NCBI GenBank assembly: GCA_004297445.1
Contig: SCUK01000052.1
Location: 9,159 to 73,158, forward strand
From: Anaerolineae bacterium
GTDB lineage: Bacteria; Chloroflexota; Anaerolineae; Anaerolineales; UBA11579
DNA: 64,000 nt
Direction: 5' to 3'
Every line of letters begins with the position of its first letter. Positions within the stretch are counted from its first letter, which is position 1. Below, in pieces: positions 55,300 through 64,000 of this stretch. The translations under genes and the position numbers were made by a program. A model generated the notes under the pieces. That model was not told where the DNA came from. It worked only from the letters and a program-made list of their open reading frames with translations, and did not search any database.

Positions 55300-56259
55300 A
55301 TGAACCTCCTCATCCTCGGCGGGACGCAGTTTGTGGGCCGCCACATCACCGAAGCCGCGCTGCAACGCGGACACACCGTCACGCTGTTCAACCGCGGCAA
55401 GACCAATGCCGACCTGTTTCCGGACGTCGAGAAAATCCACGGCGACCGGAGCAACCCGAACGACCTGAAACCGCTGGCGGGCCGGGCATGGGACGCGGTG
55501 ATAGACGTGAACGGCTACCTGCCGCGGCAGGTGCGCCAGATGCTGGCGGCGCTGGACGGGCGCGGCGGGCATTACGTCTATATCTCATCGATTTCGGTGT
55601 ATGCAGACTTCAGCCAGCCGATGGATGAAGACTCGCCGCTGGCCGAACTGGCCGACCCGGCAACGGAAGAAATCACCAACGAGACTTATGGCGCGCTGAA
55701 AGCGGCCTGTGAGCGCGCCCTGCCGGAGGGCGCGGCCATCGTGCGGCCCTCCTACATCGTTGGGCCGCACGACCACACCGACCGCTTCACCTATTGGCCG
55801 CTGCGGGTGGCGCGCGGCGGCCAGATGCTGACCCCGCCTCCGAACGAAGCCGTGACGCTGGTGGATGCGCGCGACCTGGCAGCGTTCACCCTTAAATTGA
55901 CCGAAGAACGGAAGGGCGGCGTGTACAACGCCACGCAAACCGTTTCGTTTGGCGAGGTACTGGAGACAAGCCGGCGTCTATCGGGCAGCGATGCGGAGTT
56001 CATAACAATTAGCGAGCAGATTGCTAAAGATCGGGGCGTGCTGGGGCGCGGCCTGCCGGTGTGGAACCCGGGGCCGGAGGAAGCCGGGGTGAATGCCATC
56101 GTTTCGCGCCGCGCCGCTGCCGCCGGGCTGGTCTTCCGGCCACTGGCGGACACGATACGCGACACCCTGGCTTGGGCGAAGAGCCGCCCGGCAGATTACG
56201 TGTTGAAAGCCGGACTTACCACCGAACAGGAAGCCGCCCTGCTGGAGGAATTGAGCTGA
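55300..56259 (+). CDS. NAD-dependent epimerase/dehydratase (SDR) family protein
   Basis: 319 aa; Rossmann motif MNLLILGGTQFVGRH. Confidence 0.7.
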   Translation: MNLLILGGTQFVGRHITEAALQRGHTVTLFNRGKTNADLFPDVEKIHGDRSNPNDLKPLAGRAWDAVIDVNGYLPRQVRQMLAALDGRGGHYVYISSISVYADFSQPMDEDSPLAELADPATEEITNETYGALKAACERALPEGAAIVRPSYIVGPHDHTDRFTYWPLRVARGGQMLTPPPNEAVTLVDARDLAAFTLKLTEERKGGVYNATQTVSFGEVLETSRRLSGSDAEFITISEQIAKDRGVLGRGLPVWNPGPEEAGVNAIVSRRAAAAGLVFRPLADTIRDTLAWAKSRPADYVLKAGLTTEQEAALLEELS

Positions 56260-56984
56260 TGAACGACCTCGAAACACTGCTGGAGCGCGCCGCGCAGGAC
56301 CCCGGCCAGCGCCCGGCGTTCTATCTCGGGCTGCTCGAGGCGCAAATCTTTGCGCTGGGCAACGCCACGCGCGACGCGGACGGGAAGGTGACCGCCCTCA
56401 ACCTGCAGCACTGGGGCAAAGCGGACGGCTCGCCCATCCTGCCGTTCTTCACCTCCCTCATGCGGCTACGTCAGGCCATCAGTGCAGAACAATCCTATGT
56501 GGAGTTGCCGGCGCGGGCGTTTCTGGAAGCCACGCGCGGCGAGGCGCTGATTTTGAACCCCAACACCGAGCGTGGCAAGGAGTTCACCCCCTCCGAAGTG
56601 GCGGCGCTGCTGGACGGCACGCTGTTCCAGCAGGGGCACACGCGGGTCATCGAAGAAGAACGACAGGTGTTGCTCGGCCAGCCGGCAAATTACCCCACGG
56701 CGCTGGTGGAAGCGCTGAACTCGCTTTTCCACACATTGCCGGAGGTGAAGACCGCCTGGCTGACGTATATGGACGACCCGCAAGACGGAGCTGGGCCGCA
56801 TCTGGTGTTCGGGCTGGAAGTGGTGGGCGACGAAGCCGCCTTCCGAAATGTGTCCGGGCAGGCCGGGCGCGTGGCGAACGATGTGCTGCCGGGCGAAATC
56901 GTGGACTTCACGCCCATCGGCGCGGGCGGCATGACGGACTATTTCCGCGCCAACGTGAAACCTTTCTACCAGAATCTGGCGTGA
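56259..56984 (+). CDS. SseB-family protein
   Basis: ATG 56259 overlaps the upstream TGA by 1 nt; MNDLETLLERAAQDPGQRPAFYLGLLEAQIF...; family call tentative. Confidence 0.45.
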   Translation: MNDLETLLERAAQDPGQRPAFYLGLLEAQIFALGNATRDADGKVTALNLQHWGKADGSPILPFFTSLMRLRQAISAEQSYVELPARAFLEATRGEALILNPNTERGKEFTPSEVAALLDGTLFQQGHTRVIEEERQVLLGQPANYPTALVEALNSLFHTLPEVKTAWLTYMDDPQDGAGPHLVFGLEVVGDEAAFRNVSGQAGRVANDVLPGEIVDFTPIGAGGMTDYFRANVKPFYQNLA

Positions 56985-57024
56985 GCGGGATAGAATTGAA
57001 CCGGCCAGACAAACGGAGGACGCG

Positions 57025-58263
57025 TTGAAAGACACCGCCATCAAAATATTCCTGTGGGTTGCACAACTGGGAACGACGGCCGATGATTCGGATGAAATCA
57101 GGCTCCGAAAAGCCATCGCCTCGTGGGGCTGGATCGCGACTGTCGGATTCCTGTGCGGCATTCTTACCCCGGCATACCTGATTGGGGGAGTGTCCGGCGC
57201 GTGGGTCATGCTGGCATTCTCCGCATTCGGGGTGGTGAGTTTCCTCCTCTATGTTGGCTGGCACAAGAACATGGATGCCTTCCTCACCAGCATCGCGATT
57301 CCCGCGCTGCCTGCGCATCTCCTGGCAGTTTCCTGGGCCGGCGGATTTCTTAATGCGGGCGGCATGCCCATCTGGGGGCTTTTCTATCCAGCCCTCGGAT
57401 ACCTGATTTTCTATGGATTTCGGCCAGGGGTCCTGTGGTTTGTGCTTTTCATGTTGACATTCGGTCTGTCCCTGTTTGTCCCGGTGATTAATCCGAATCC
57501 TGCTGAAGTCCCGTTCGAAACTGGTCTGGCATTATTGGTGATGAATGTCGGGTTCATTGCGACCATGATTTTCGGCGTGATGGGTTATTTTGTGAGCCAG
57601 AGGGAAACGGCCTACCGATTACTTGAAGGCGAACAGGAGCGTTCCGAGAATCTCCTGTTGAACATCCTGCCCAAAGAAATCGCCGCCATCCTCAAGGCCG
57701 AGCCGCGCACCATTGCCGAGCACTTCGAAGGCGCCAGCGTGCTTTTCGCCGACGTGGTGAACTTCACCCCGATGTCGGCGCAGATGCAGCCGGTGGAACT
57801 GGTAGAACTTCTCAACGAAGTGTTCAGTCACTTCGACGACCTCGCCGACGATTACAAACTTGAAAAAATCAAGACGATTGGCGATTGTTACATGGTGGCC
57901 GCCGGGGTGCCGAACCCGCGCCCGGACCATGCACAGGTCATCACCCGCATGGCGCTGGCGATGCGCGAGCATGTAACCACGCATGAGGTACGCGGGCGCA
58001 AACTTGCGTTTCGCATCGGCATCAACTCCGGGCCGGTGGTGGCAGGCGTCATCGGCCGCAAGAAGTTCATTTACGACCTGTGGGGCGACGCGGTGAACAC
58101 CGCCAGCCGGATGGAATCGCACGGCGCGGGCGGGGTGATTCAGGTGACACGCGCCACCTATGACCTCATCAAAGATGAATTTAGTTGCGAGCCGCGCGGC
58201 ACCGTTCATGTGAAGGGCAAAGGCGAAATGGACGTGTGGCACGTGATGGGACCGCGTCCGTAA
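57025..58263 (+). CDS. class III adenylate cyclase with N-terminal six-TM domain
   Basis: TTG 57025 after GGAGGA; cyclase core ASVLFADVVNFT...IKTIGDCYMVAAG...FRIGINSGPVVAGVIG...YDLWGDAVNTASRMES. Confidence 0.85.
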   Translation: MKDTAIKIFLWVAQLGTTADDSDEIRLRKAIASWGWIATVGFLCGILTPAYLIGGVSGAWVMLAFSAFGVVSFLLYVGWHKNMDAFLTSIAIPALPAHLLAVSWAGGFLNAGGMPIWGLFYPALGYLIFYGFRPGVLWFVLFMLTFGLSLFVPVINPNPAEVPFETGLALLVMNVGFIATMIFGVMGYFVSQRETAYRLLEGEQERSENLLLNILPKEIAAILKAEPRTIAEHFEGASVLFADVVNFTPMSAQMQPVELVELLNEVFSHFDDLADDYKLEKIKTIGDCYMVAAGVPNPRPDHAQVITRMALAMREHVTTHEVRGRKLAFRIGINSGPVVAGVIGRKKFIYDLWGDAVNTASRMESHGAGGVIQVTRATYDLIKDEFSCEPRGTVHVKGKGEMDVWHVMGPRP

Positions 58264-59108
58264 TGCACACCTTTACCGATCCCCAGGAATTCCTGAACGC
58301 CGCGCGGGCCTGGCTGGAAACTGAGGAAGCGAAGAACAGCCTGATGCTGGGAAATACCCTGCGCATGGTGGCGCAGCCGGGCTACTTCGAGGAGACGCCG
58401 TATTACGCGGTGGTCGGGGAGCCGGGCGAGGTGGCGCTGGCGGCGATGATGACGCCGCCGTTCGGGCTGGTGCTGGCGACGGCGCGCCGCCAGCCGGAGG
58501 ACAAGGAGTTGCGCGAACTCATTGATGATTTGCGCGGCCGAGGGCTGACGCCTCCGGACGTGATTGGCCCCAACCCTCACGGACTGCGCTTCGCCGAGCT
58601 GTGGCACGGGCAGACGGGGCTGCAACCGGAGATTCGCCAGCGGCTGTACGAATTGCGGGCGGTGACGCCGGACACGCTGACGGCGGCGCAGGGCAGTTTC
58701 CGCATGGCGCGCGAGGATGAAATCGAACTGCTGACGGGCTGGGCGATGGCGTTTGACGTGGAGGCTTTCGGGCGCGCCACGCGGCCGCCGGAGTCGTTTC
58801 GCAGCCTGATCGAGAAACGCTGGGGGGACATCGCGGTGTGGGAGGACGGCAGGGCGGCGGTGAGCATGGCCATGCGCTCGCGCCCGACGCGACATGGCAT
58901 CACGGTGAATCTGGTGTACACGCCGCCGGACGGGCGCGGGCGCGGTTACGCCACGGCCTGCGTGGCACGGTTGAGCCAATCCCTGTTGGACGAAGGATTC
59001 CAGTTCTGTACGCTGTTCACGGACATGGACAACCCGACCAGCAATTCAATTTATATGAAAATTGGGTACACGCCGGTGTGCGATTTTGATAAGTACACGT
59101 TGGGGTAA
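58263..59108 (+). CDS. GNAT-family N-acetyltransferase with N-terminal accessory domain
   Basis: ATG 58263 shares its A with the cyclase TAA (TAATG); acetyl-CoA loop PPDGRGRGYATACV, NPTSNSIYMKIGY. Confidence 0.7.
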   Translation: MHTFTDPQEFLNAARAWLETEEAKNSLMLGNTLRMVAQPGYFEETPYYAVVGEPGEVALAAMMTPPFGLVLATARRQPEDKELRELIDDLRGRGLTPPDVIGPNPHGLRFAELWHGQTGLQPEIRQRLYELRAVTPDTLTAAQGSFRMAREDEIELLTGWAMAFDVEAFGRATRPPESFRSLIEKRWGDIAVWEDGRAAVSMAMRSRPTRHGITVNLVYTPPDGRGRGYATACVARLSQSLLDEGFQFCTLFTDMDNPTSNSIYMKIGYTPVCDFDKYTLG

Positions 59109-59125
59109 GAAAAGCGAAAATCAAT

Positions 59126-59152
59126 CTCACGCCAAGGCGCAAAGACGCAAAG
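59126..59152 (+). repeat. CTCACGCAAAG-type motif, copy 5
   Basis: ctcacgccaaggcgcaaagacgcaaagg, 17 nt after the stop at 59106-59108. Confidence 0.65.
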
Positions 59153-59210
59153 GAAAACAAAAGCATTTCACAAAGATGGGCTGTATTGTGATTCTTAGCG
59201 AGCGAAGAAT

Positions 59211-60152
59211 CTAGCGGGTGAACTGCTCCACCACCGGAAAGATTAACTCCCAGCGCGGGAGGAGGATTTGCGCGCCATCGCTGGTGACGCTGGGGGTCAC
59301 CATCTCGCGCTTGACGGCGTAGGACTCGGGGCTGGTGAGCGCGCCGCGCGCCAGCGCAAGCCCCAGGCGCGGCCACTGCCAGAAGGGGATGTCGGTGTCC
59401 ACCACGTCGTTGAGGGCGAAGAGGAAGAACGGCAGACGAATCCATTTGAGCGGGTTGAACAGGCTGCGCAGGACGGCGGCGGCCAGCACCTGCCCCTGCT
59501 GGGTACGTTCGAAGTCATCGATGCTGCGGTCGCGCACGAACGCCAGCGCCTCGTCGCCGTTCAGGTGGTGTTTGCCCTTGGGCAGGCCGCCCATTTTGTA
59601 GGGCAGGTCCACCGTCACGCCGCCCAGCGCGTCGATGACCTGCGGGAAGTTCTCCAGGCGGATGCGGACGTAGCGGTCCGGCGTAATGCCGAAGTTGTAT
59701 TCGATGGTGTCTGCGGCCACCTGCGGGCCGCTGCCGGGGGCGTTCAGTTCGCCGAAGTAGTGGGCGGCGTTGATGCGCTGCTCGCCGTAGCCGGGGATGA
59801 CGAGCCACAGGTCACGCGGGATGGAGAACAGGCGCAGGTCGCCGGAAAGCGGTTCCACGGAGAGCAGCAGGTTGGTGTCGCTGCGGCCGGCGGCGGTGCC
59901 TTCGGCGGCGCGGTCGATGCCGAGGACGAGGATGAGGCTGCGATTGGGGAACAGGAAGTAGATGCCCAGGAGCAGCAGGATGGCGAGCAGGCAGCCGCCG
60001 CGTTCGGCACGCCGCCGCCGGATGCGCCCACTGCGGTCGATGGGGATGGGCTGGTAGGAGGCGAGGGGGTCCGGCGCGGGCGGGTAGGCCGGCGGCGCGG
60101 GCCGCTGGGAGGGCTGGGTGGGGCCGAGGGGGTCAGGGGGTGGGTGGGTCAT
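59211..60152 (-). CDS. LytR-CpsA-Psr (LCP) family cell-envelope protein
   Basis: 313 aa; Pro-rich cytoplasmic N-terminus, one TM, then LVLGIDR...GRSDTNLLLSV...LFSIPRDLWV LCP core. Confidence 0.8.
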   Translation of the reverse strand: MTHPPPDPLGPTQPSQRPAPPAYPPAPDPLASYQPIPIDRSGRIRRRRAERGGCLLAILLLLGIYFLFPNRSLILVLGIDRAAEGTAAGRSDTNLLLSVEPLSGDLRLFSIPRDLWLVIPGYGEQRINAAHYFGELNAPGSGPQVAADTIEYNFGITPDRYVRIRLENFPQVIDALGGVTVDLPYKMGGLPKGKHHLNGDEALAFVRDRSIDDFERTQQGQVLAAAVLRSLFNPLKWIRLPFFLFALNDVVDTDIPFWQWPRLGLALARGALTSPESYAVKREMVTPSVTSDGAQILLPRWELIFPVVEQFTR

Positions 60153-60178
60153 AGGAGTGCGGAATGAATCAAAGGCGG

Positions 60179-60207
60179 CTCACTCAGAGAGCACAAAGTT
60201 CGCAAAG
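60179..60207 (+). repeat. CTCACGCAAAG-type motif, copy 6 (diverged)
   Basis: ctcactcagagagcacaaagttcgcaaag, followed by aagaaggataagc; lies between two minus-strand genes but on the plus strand. Confidence 0.5.
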
Positions 60208-60224
60208 AAGAAGGATAAGCGATT

Positions 60225-61088
60225 CTACCGCCCCACCCGCGCCAGGACGCGCTCGGCGGCCTTGACGACCGGCATATCGATCATCTTGCCGTCAATGGCG
60301 AACGCGCCGGTGCCTTTCTTCTGGTGCTCGGTGTGGGCGTCCACCACTTTGCGCGCCCACGCCACATCTTCGGCGGTGGGGGTGAAAGCCGCCTGCACCA
60401 CCGGCACCTGAGCGGGGTGGATGGTCTGCTTGCCGCTGAAGCCCATCTCCAGCCCCTGGCGGGATTCGCGCGCCAGCGCGTCCATGTCCTTGTAGTCGGT
60501 GCGCACCAGGTCAATCGCCTGCAGGTCAAAGGCGGCGGCGTGGGTGGCGACAGCGCTGCGGGCGTAGAACACTTCCATGGCGGCTTCGGTGCGCACCGCG
60601 CCGATGTCACTGGCGAAATCTTCCGCGCCGAAAATGAGAGCCTCAAGGCGCGCATCGGCACCGGCGATTTCGCGCAGGTTAACGATGCCGCGGGCGCTTT
60701 CCACGATGGCGATGAGGCCAATGGACGGCAGGCCGTGTTCAGACTGCAGGCGGCGCACGGTTTTACTCACCCAGCGGATTTCATCGGCGTCGTTCACTTT
60801 GGGGACGACGATGCCATCCGGCCGGGCGGGGACGACGGTCTTGAGGTCGTCGGCTTCGAGACCGGAGCCGACCGGGTTGATGCGCACCAGACGTTCGCGC
60901 GGGCCAAAGTCCAGCGATTGGAGCGCTTTCACCGCCGAGACGCGGGCTTCTTCTTTACGGTTGAGCGCTACGCCGTCTTCCAGGTCAACGCACACGCTAT
61001 CGACCACCAGTTCGGTGGCGGCTTTTTCGATTTTGCGCCAGTCGGTGGCGGGCATGTAGAGCAGAGCACGGCGGGGGCGGTGGGTCAT
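60225..61088 (-). CDS. HpcH/HpaI-CitE-like acyl-CoA lyase
   Basis: 287 aa; RRALLYMPA...DSVCVDLEDGV...; CitE beta-subunit-like fold; context with MaoC and biotin carboxylase genes. Confidence 0.75.
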   Translation of the reverse strand: MTHRPRRALLYMPATDWRKIEKAATELVVDSVCVDLEDGVALNRKEEARVSAVKALQSLDFGPRERLVRINPVGSGLEADDLKTVVPARPDGIVVPKVNDADEIRWVSKTVRRLQSEHGLPSIGLIAIVESARGIVNLREIAGADARLEALIFGAEDFASDIGAVRTEAAMEVFYARSAVATHAAAFDLQAIDLVRTDYKDMDALARESRQGLEMGFSGKQTIHPAQVPVVQAAFTPTAEDVAWARKVVDAHTEHQKKGTGAFAIDGKMIDMPVVKAAERVLARVGR

Positions 61089-61100
61089 GGGGTTCTCCTT

Positions 61101-61127
61101 GTCATTCCTCGCTGCGCTCGGAATGAC
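61101..61127. repeat. REP-like palindromic element GTCATTCC-TCGCTGCGCTC-GGAATGAC
   Basis: Perfect 8-bp stem filling the 40-nt spacer between the MaoC stop (61129) and the CitE-like start (61088). Confidence 0.8.
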
Positions 61128-61128
61128 A

Positions 61129-61584
61129 CTATTTTTGGGACTTCTTTAGAAAGAGGACGGTTCTTTCCACTTCAACGACGACGATGCCATCCTGGTTACG
61201 GCCGGTCTGTTTGAGGCGCACGATGCCGCGGTCCGGTTTGGACTGGCTTTCGCGCATTTCCAGCACTTCAGACTCGACCGAAATGGTGTCGCCGGGGAAG
61301 ACCGGCGCGGGGTGGCGCACGTTTTCGTAGCCGAGGTTGGCAACGATGGTCCCGGCGGTCAGTTCCTCCACCGAGATGCCAACCACCAGTCCCAGGGTGA
61401 AAATACCGTTGACGATGCGCCGCCCGAACTCGGTACCAGCGGCGAACTGCTCATCCATGTGCAGGGGCTGGTCGTTCATGGTGAGCGCGTTGAACAGCAC
61501 GTTGTCCGTCTCGGTGACGGTGCGGCGCGTGCTGTGCTTGAGGGTCAGTCCAACGTGCAGGTCGTCGTAATATTTGCCGGGCAT
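61129..61584 (-). CDS. MaoC-family (R)-specific enoyl-CoA hydratase/dehydratase
   Basis: ATG 61584 after GGAGA; hot-dog fold pattern DNVLFNALTMNDQPLHMDEQFA...GRRIVNG. Confidence 0.8.
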   Translation of the reverse strand: MPGKYYDDLHVGLTLKHSTRRTVTETDNVLFNALTMNDQPLHMDEQFAAGTEFGRRIVNGIFTLGLVVGISVEELTAGTIVANLGYENVRHPAPVFPGDTISVESEVLEMRESQSKPDRGIVRLKQTGRNQDGIVVVEVERTVLFLKKSQK

Positions 61585-61679
61585 GGATTCTCCATAATCA
61601 AAGGTCAATGAGGGTAGAGGCAACGAGTTGCGGGGGAAACTCATCGTTGCAGCATTGACCCATTACTCGGTGACTATTT

Positions 61680-62168
61680 CTATGCTATCTCTACCAACAC
61701 ATCATCCTTATTGACGGTTGCACCGACAGCGGCGCGCAGGACGGCCACGATGCCGGCGCGCGGCGCGGCGATGCGAATCTCCATCTTCATCGCTTCCATC
61801 AGCAGTAGGGGCTGGCCCTGAACCACTTCGTCGCCTTCAGCCACCAGCACGGCGCGAATCTGGCCGGGCATGGGCGCGGCCACCTGCCCCCCACCCGCGC
61901 CACCATCGTGGCCGCGGCGGCGGGCGGGGCCGGATTTCTCCAACGTGTACGTGCGGCCCGCTACAGCCACCCAGCGCTTCTGCGGTCCATCGAGCGCCAC
62001 GCGGGCGCGGTGCGGCACGCCGTCCAGCCGGAAATGCACCGCGCCGTTCTCTGCGCCAAGCAACTCAACTTCAAAGGTCTGTTCGCCGATCCTGGCACGG
62101 TAGCCATCGCCGTGCTTTTCGAGCGTGAGCGTGTGCTCCTGCCCGTTAGAGGTGTAGGTGAATTTCAT
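61680..62168 (-). CDS. biotin carboxyl carrier (biotinyl-domain) protein
   Basis: 162 aa; biotinylation motif LMEAMKMEIRI; ATGA overlap with the upstream biotin carboxylase gene. Confidence 0.85.
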   Translation of the reverse strand: MKFTYTSNGQEHTLTLEKHGDGYRARIGEQTFEVELLGAENGAVHFRLDGVPHRARVALDGPQKRWVAVAGRTYTLEKSGPARRRGHDGGAGGGQVAAPMPGQIRAVLVAEGDEVVQGQPLLLMEAMKMEIRIAAPRAGIVAVLRAAVGATVNKDDVLVEIA

Positions 62169-63670
62169 CCGCCCCCCATGCGAAAGCCGGTAGGCCGCGC
62201 CCAGGGCGAATATGGGTCGGCATCCGCGGCGGGGGTCGCGCCGTTGCTTGAGGCGGGTGCGCGCAGTTCGGCTAGCGCGGCGGCGATGAGCGCGGCGGGC
62301 GGCACGCTGGTGGCGGGACGCCAGTTCGGCAGGTGTTCTTCAATGAAACGCGTGGTGGCTTCCCCGGCGGCGAACACCGGATGCTGAAGCACGTCCAGCA
62401 GGAACTCGCGGTTGGTGGTCACACCCAGCACGACGGTTTCAGAGAGCGCGGTCTGCATGCGGCGCAGGGCGGCCGGACGGTCCCCGGCATGCACGATGAG
62501 TTTGGCCATCAGCGGGTCGTAATGCACGCTGATTTCCGAGCCTTCGGTCACGCCGCTGTCGACGCGCACGCCGGGGCCGGAGGGCAGGTCGAAGGCCAAG
62601 AGGGTGCCGGTGGAGGGCAGAAAACCCGTGGCGGGGTCTTCGGCATACAGACGGCACTCAATGGCATGGCCGTGCGGCGTAAGGTCGGCCTGCTGGAAAG
62701 GAAGGCGTTCCCCGGCGGCGATGCGAATTTGCCACTGGGCGAGGTCGAGCCCGGTGATGGCTTCGGTGATGGGATGCTCCACCTGAAGGCGGGTGTTCAT
62801 TTCAAGGAAGTAGAAGGCGCGCGTATCCGGGTCCACGATGAATTCCACCGTGCCGGCGTTGGTATAGCCGACGGCCTGCGCGGCGGCCACCGCGGCATCG
62901 CCCATCGCGCTCCGCAAATCATCATCCAGCAGGGGCGAAGGCGTTTCTTCAATGATTTTCTGGTGGCGGCGCTGGACGGAACACTCGCGCTCGAACAGGT
63001 GCACGGTGTTGCCATGCTGGTCGGCGAGCACCTGGATTTCCACGTGCCGCCCGCGGGCAACGTACTTTTCAAGAATCAGGCGGTCATCGCCAAAGGCGTT
63101 TAGCGCCTCGCGGCGGGCGGCGGCGGCGCTTTCCAGCAGGTCGGCAGATGCATTGACTACACGCATACCCTTGCCGCCGCCCCCGGCAGCGGCTTTGACC
63201 AGCACCGGGAAGCCGATGTCTTTTGCGGCTTTCGCCAGCGCTTTATCATCTGCAACGTCCTGCACGCCCGGCACCACCGGCACGCCGCTGGACTGCATGA
63301 GGACGCGCGCCGCGGCTTTGTCGCCCATCGCGTCGATGGCCCCGGGCGGCGGACCGATGAAGACCAGCCCGGCGGCAGCGGCACGGCGGGCGAACCCGGC
63401 GTTCTCGGACAGGAAGCCATAGCCCGGGTGCACCGCCGCCGCCCCGCTTTGCAGCGCGGCGGCGATGACCTTCTCCATGTTCAGGTAACTCTCGGCGGGC
63501 GCGGCCGGGCCAAGCAGGATGGCTTCATCCGCCAGGCGGACGTGGAGGGCCTCGCGGTCGACCTCGGAGTAAACAGCGACGGGTGAGATGCCCAGTTCGC
63601 GGCAGGCGCGGAGGAGGCGCACTGCGATCTCGCCACGGTTGGCGATGAGGATGCGGTCGAAAAGGGGCAT
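62165..63670 (-). CDS. biotin carboxylase subunit of an acyl-CoA (probably methylcrotonyl-CoA) carboxylase
   Basis: 501 aa; MPLFDRILIANRGEIAVRLLRAC, ATP-grasp GGGGKGMRVV, EMNTRLQVEHPITE. Confidence 0.9.
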   Translation of the reverse strand: MPLFDRILIANRGEIAVRLLRACRELGISPVAVYSEVDREALHVRLADEAILLGPAAPAESYLNMEKVIAAALQSGAAAVHPGYGFLSENAGFARRAAAAGLVFIGPPPGAIDAMGDKAAARVLMQSSGVPVVPGVQDVADDKALAKAAKDIGFPVLVKAAAGGGGKGMRVVNASADLLESAAAARREALNAFGDDRLILEKYVARGRHVEIQVLADQHGNTVHLFERECSVQRRHQKIIEETPSPLLDDDLRSAMGDAAVAAAQAVGYTNAGTVEFIVDPDTRAFYFLEMNTRLQVEHPITEAITGLDLAQWQIRIAAGERLPFQQADLTPHGHAIECRLYAEDPATGFLPSTGTLLAFDLPSGPGVRVDSGVTEGSEISVHYDPLMAKLIVHAGDRPAALRRMQTALSETVVLGVTTNREFLLDVLQHPVFAAGEATTRFIEEHLPNWRPATSVPPAALIAAALAELRAPASSNGATPAADADPYSPWARPTGFRMGGG

Positions 63671-63733
63671 GGGGGAGATTATAAGGCAGGCGAAATGCGG
63701 TAGGATTGATTATTAACGCAGAAGGAGGAAGAT

Positions 63734-64000
63734 ATGGCGATAGAGTTTGAAATCACTGTGGTGATTCCGGCCGCTCCCGAAACGGTGTACACGGCCTGGC
63801 TGGACTCGGCGTCTCACACCGCCATGACCGGCGGCATGCTGTCGCATGTGAGCGCAGAACCGGGCGCGACGTTCGACGCCTGCGATAACTACATCGCCGG
63901 GCGCAACCTGGAATTAGAGGAAGGACGGCGCATCGTGCAGGCGTGGCGCACGCACGAGTTCACTAAGGACGACCCGGATTCACGGCTGGAACTGCGCTTT
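63734..64000 (+). CDS. SRPBCC/AHSA1-like protein, N-terminal fragment (3' end outside window)
   Basis: ATG 63734 after GGAGGAAG; MAIEFEITVVIPAAPETVYTAWLDSASHTAMTGG...; frame open to window end; not in the ORF track. Confidence 0.6.
   Translation, partial: MAIEFEITVVIPAAPETVYTAWLDSASHTAMTGGMLSHVSAEPGATFDACDNYIAGRNLELEEGRRIVQAWRTHEFTKDDPDSRLELRF

Overview
This 64-kb window is chromosomal DNA from a G+C-rich bacterium. I cannot fix the taxon from sequence alone.

**Content.** I support about 57 protein genes, one tRNA, one TPP riboswitch, several intrinsic terminators and several dispersed intergenic repeat families. Most genes are housekeeping:
- gatB 3' end, priA, sdhCDAB, icd, a P-type ATPase, an HdrD-like Fe-S oxidoreductase, recO, gltD, holB, nth, gatCA and pepF
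- two sensor kinases and a class III adenylate cyclase
- a methylcrotonyl-CoA carboxylase, MaoC and CitE-like leucine-catabolism set

**Low-G+C accessory patches.** There are two.
- 8.6-12.6 kb holds lipoprotein and small membrane protein genes and a tRNA-Arg(CCU). It also holds a displaced second copy of the last 65 codons of the upstream aminotransferase gene.
- 23.6-25.2 kb holds hicAB and mazEF.

**Strongest candidates for something new.**
1. A single ORF fuses a GT-C (ArnT/PMT-like) membrane glycosyltransferase domain to a MalF-type ABC permease. It is followed by a MalG-type permease and an APH-fold kinase, with no binding protein or ATPase gene nearby.
2. Two translationally coupled patatin genes, in which the upstream copy has lost the nucleophile serine.
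3. A HicB antitoxin carrying a C-terminal DUF4332-like extension.
4. A TPP-riboswitch operon (thiN-thiB-PNPOx-thiP) whose spacers are filled with structured repeats, some starting on stop codons.

No CRISPR array, integrase, transposase or rRNA was seen. All function calls come from motif recognition by eye. No database search was run.
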